Below, in pieces: positions 63,114-64,000 of a stretch of 64,000 nt of DNA (its first letter is position 1; each line of letters starts with the position of its first letter). Origin of the DNA: an uncultured Chloroflexia bacterium. Its GTDB lineage: Bacteria; Chloroflexota; Anaerolineae; B4-G1; SLSP01. The stretch spans positions 1-64,000 of the forward strand of contig CAVVUS010000037.1 in NCBI GenBank assembly GCA_963751345.1, read 5' to 3'. A model generated the notes under the pieces. That model ran no database searches and was not told the DNA's origin. It saw only the letters and a list, made by a program, of their open reading frames with translations. A program made the position numbers and the translations under genes.

Positions 63114-64000
63114 TCACTTCCCCGCCGCGGGCCGGCCCACAGCCGTGAACTCCAGCATCGATTCCAGGAAGATCTCATCATCGATCTTCTCACCCACCGG
63201 TCCCGTATGATCGGTGCGCACGAGCTTGACCTCAACTTGCTGCGCCCCTGCCTCCTCGGCTAATGTGCGCAGCCGGCCCGGGACGACATCCTCGACATAG
63301 GCCACCGACGCCGCCAACGTTTCAAAGTCCCGAACGCTCTCGGGGAGGCTGAGATCACCCGGCAGATGCACGCGATAGAGCGCGCCGAACTCAATGGGGC
63401 GTATCAGCACTTTGGCCCGCTGAACCACACTGCCCACGACAGCCCCGATCGCATTCGCGACGTCAGCGTGAGGGGGCAGCACCAAGTCGGTATGGAGACT
63501 CCCGGCAGCGCGAGGCATATAGGCAGCCACCGGCGCGCCCACGGCTACCACCGGCTGTCGAAGGGTCAACCGGCACGCCAGATCGGTCTCGCACACAGCA
63601 TTCAGCGCCCGTGCCAGCAGACCCGCCGCGACCGGCTCTTGGGGCCAGTTTGCAGGAGCCACCTCATCGCTCAGAACCTTGGTGATGAGTTCTGCAGCAA
63701 CCCGGTCCGAGACGACATCGGCCACCTGCTCGCAGAACGCCTCCACCGAGATGCCCAGTTGAGCAGCCAGCAACACCGCCGCCAGCCGTGATGCTTGTGC
63801 ATCCCAGATCTCGAAACGACCCAGAACGTGGAGGGCATCCGTGGGTGTGAACCCCACACGCATAACGAGTTGTTGGGCCGTCAGCCGATGCACGCGATCC
63901 ATCAGGAACGCCTGATACCTCGGATCCTGGGCAAGACGCACGAGAGAGATCGGCCCGTCCTGAAGCCGCGCCAGCAGCGCCAGGTCGTCCTCACCGACAC
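63114..64000 (-). CDS. Hydantoinase/oxoprolinase family protein, C-terminal part (5' end outside window)
   Basis: GFTPTDALHVLG, PVVAVGAP..AY and P.HADVANAIGAV motifs. Confidence 0.8.
   Translation of the reverse strand, partial: VGEDDLALLARLQDGPISLVRLAQDPRYQAFLMDRVHRLTAQQLVMRVGFTPTDALHVLGRFEIWDAQASRLAAVLLAAQLGISVEAFCEQVADVVSDRVAAELITKVLSDEVAPANWPQEPVAAGLLARALNAVCETDLACRLTLRQPVVAVGAPVAAYMPRAAGSLHTDLVLPPHADVANAIGAVVGSVVQRAKVLIRPIEFGALYRVHLPGDLSLPESVRDFETLAASVAYVEDVVPGRLRTLAEEAGAQQVEVKLVRTDHTGPVGEKIDDEIFLESMLEFTAVGRPAAGK

Noticed and set aside
1-64000. Prophage, IS, integron, defence system, rRNA or tRNA
   Set aside because: No integrase, transposase, phage structural, nuclease or structural-RNA signatures recognised on either strand.

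Overview
GC-rich bacterial DNA, gene-dense (about 53 CDS), almost entirely catabolic or accessory. It is probably from an anaerobic Chloroflexota (Anaerolineae-like) genome; this is inferred from a VYLPLV motif, GAF-domain kinase architecture, a tungsten AOR-family enzyme and the general gene repertoire. About 20 genes carry single-base frameshifts, typical of an unpolished long-read assembly. I found no rRNA, tRNA, CRISPR array, transposase or integrase. Content: glycoside hydrolases (GH29, two GH2, GHL10, GH5-like and an unclassified ~1100-aa protein), an oxidative sugar-acid operon, nagA-SIS, two atypical DegT aminotransferases, pxpABC and two Eis-like acetyltransferases. Best candidates for something new: (1) a ferredoxin / W-AOR-family / divergent RidA-like / deacetylase / DgaE(SelA-like) PLP lyase gene string with no PTS, possibly an anaerobic oxidative amino-sugar pathway; (2) an MtlD-like dehydrogenase fused to a C-GCAxxG-C-C redox domain; (3) a 3.3-kb lower-GC islet bounded by a displaced, diverged copy of the 3' end of an LsrG/ABM gene. 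All functional assignments come from motif recognition by eye; no searches were run.
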